From assembly GCA_964016885.1 (NCBI GenBank), contig OZ024744.1, positions 106,330,001 through 106,394,000 of the forward strand: a stretch of 64,000 bases of DNA, written 5' to 3'. Position numbers and translations under genes: made by a program. The notes under the pieces are model-generated. The model had not been told where the DNA came from, ran no database searches, and was given only the letters and a program-made list of their open reading frames with translations. The DNA is from Eledone cirrhosa (Eukaryota). This document shows, in pieces, positions 63,966 through 64,000 of this stretch. How positions within the stretch are numbered: position 1 is the first letter of the stretch; every line of letters begins with the position of its first letter.

Positions 63966-64000
63966 GATTATATATAATATATATATATATATAATATATA

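Overview
Eukaryotic, AT-rich, repeat-saturated DNA with no recognisable host exon. The SINE/RTE repertoire and the (AAT)n, (TA)n and (CAT)n density suggest an octopus or other cephalopod genome (inference). The main feature is an ~11.5-kb hotspot (8.97-20.4 kb) where (TAA)n microsatellite tracts carry five insertions from two families of restriction-like-endonuclease (RLE; R4/Dong-type) non-LTR retrotransposons, one with an uninterrupted ~1060-codon RT-CCHC-RLE frame. An oppositely oriented Tx1-like 3' end is also present. All the R4-type copies converge on a 418-bp element with 85-bp inverted repeats, capped on both sides by outward-facing (TTA)n. The rest of the window holds several Penelope-like (GIY-YIG) remnants, at least eight type-I hammerhead-ribozyme motifs of several families, RTE LINE fragments, two tRNA-derived SINE families, TTAA-flanked piggyBac-type MITEs and small foldback elements. 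It also contains about ten minisatellite arrays, several demonstrably amplified from inside transposons, including a ~7-kb array grown from a 48-bp module of an RTE 3' UTR. There is a 200-bp assembly gap. Family assignments come from motif recognition by eye; no database search was run.
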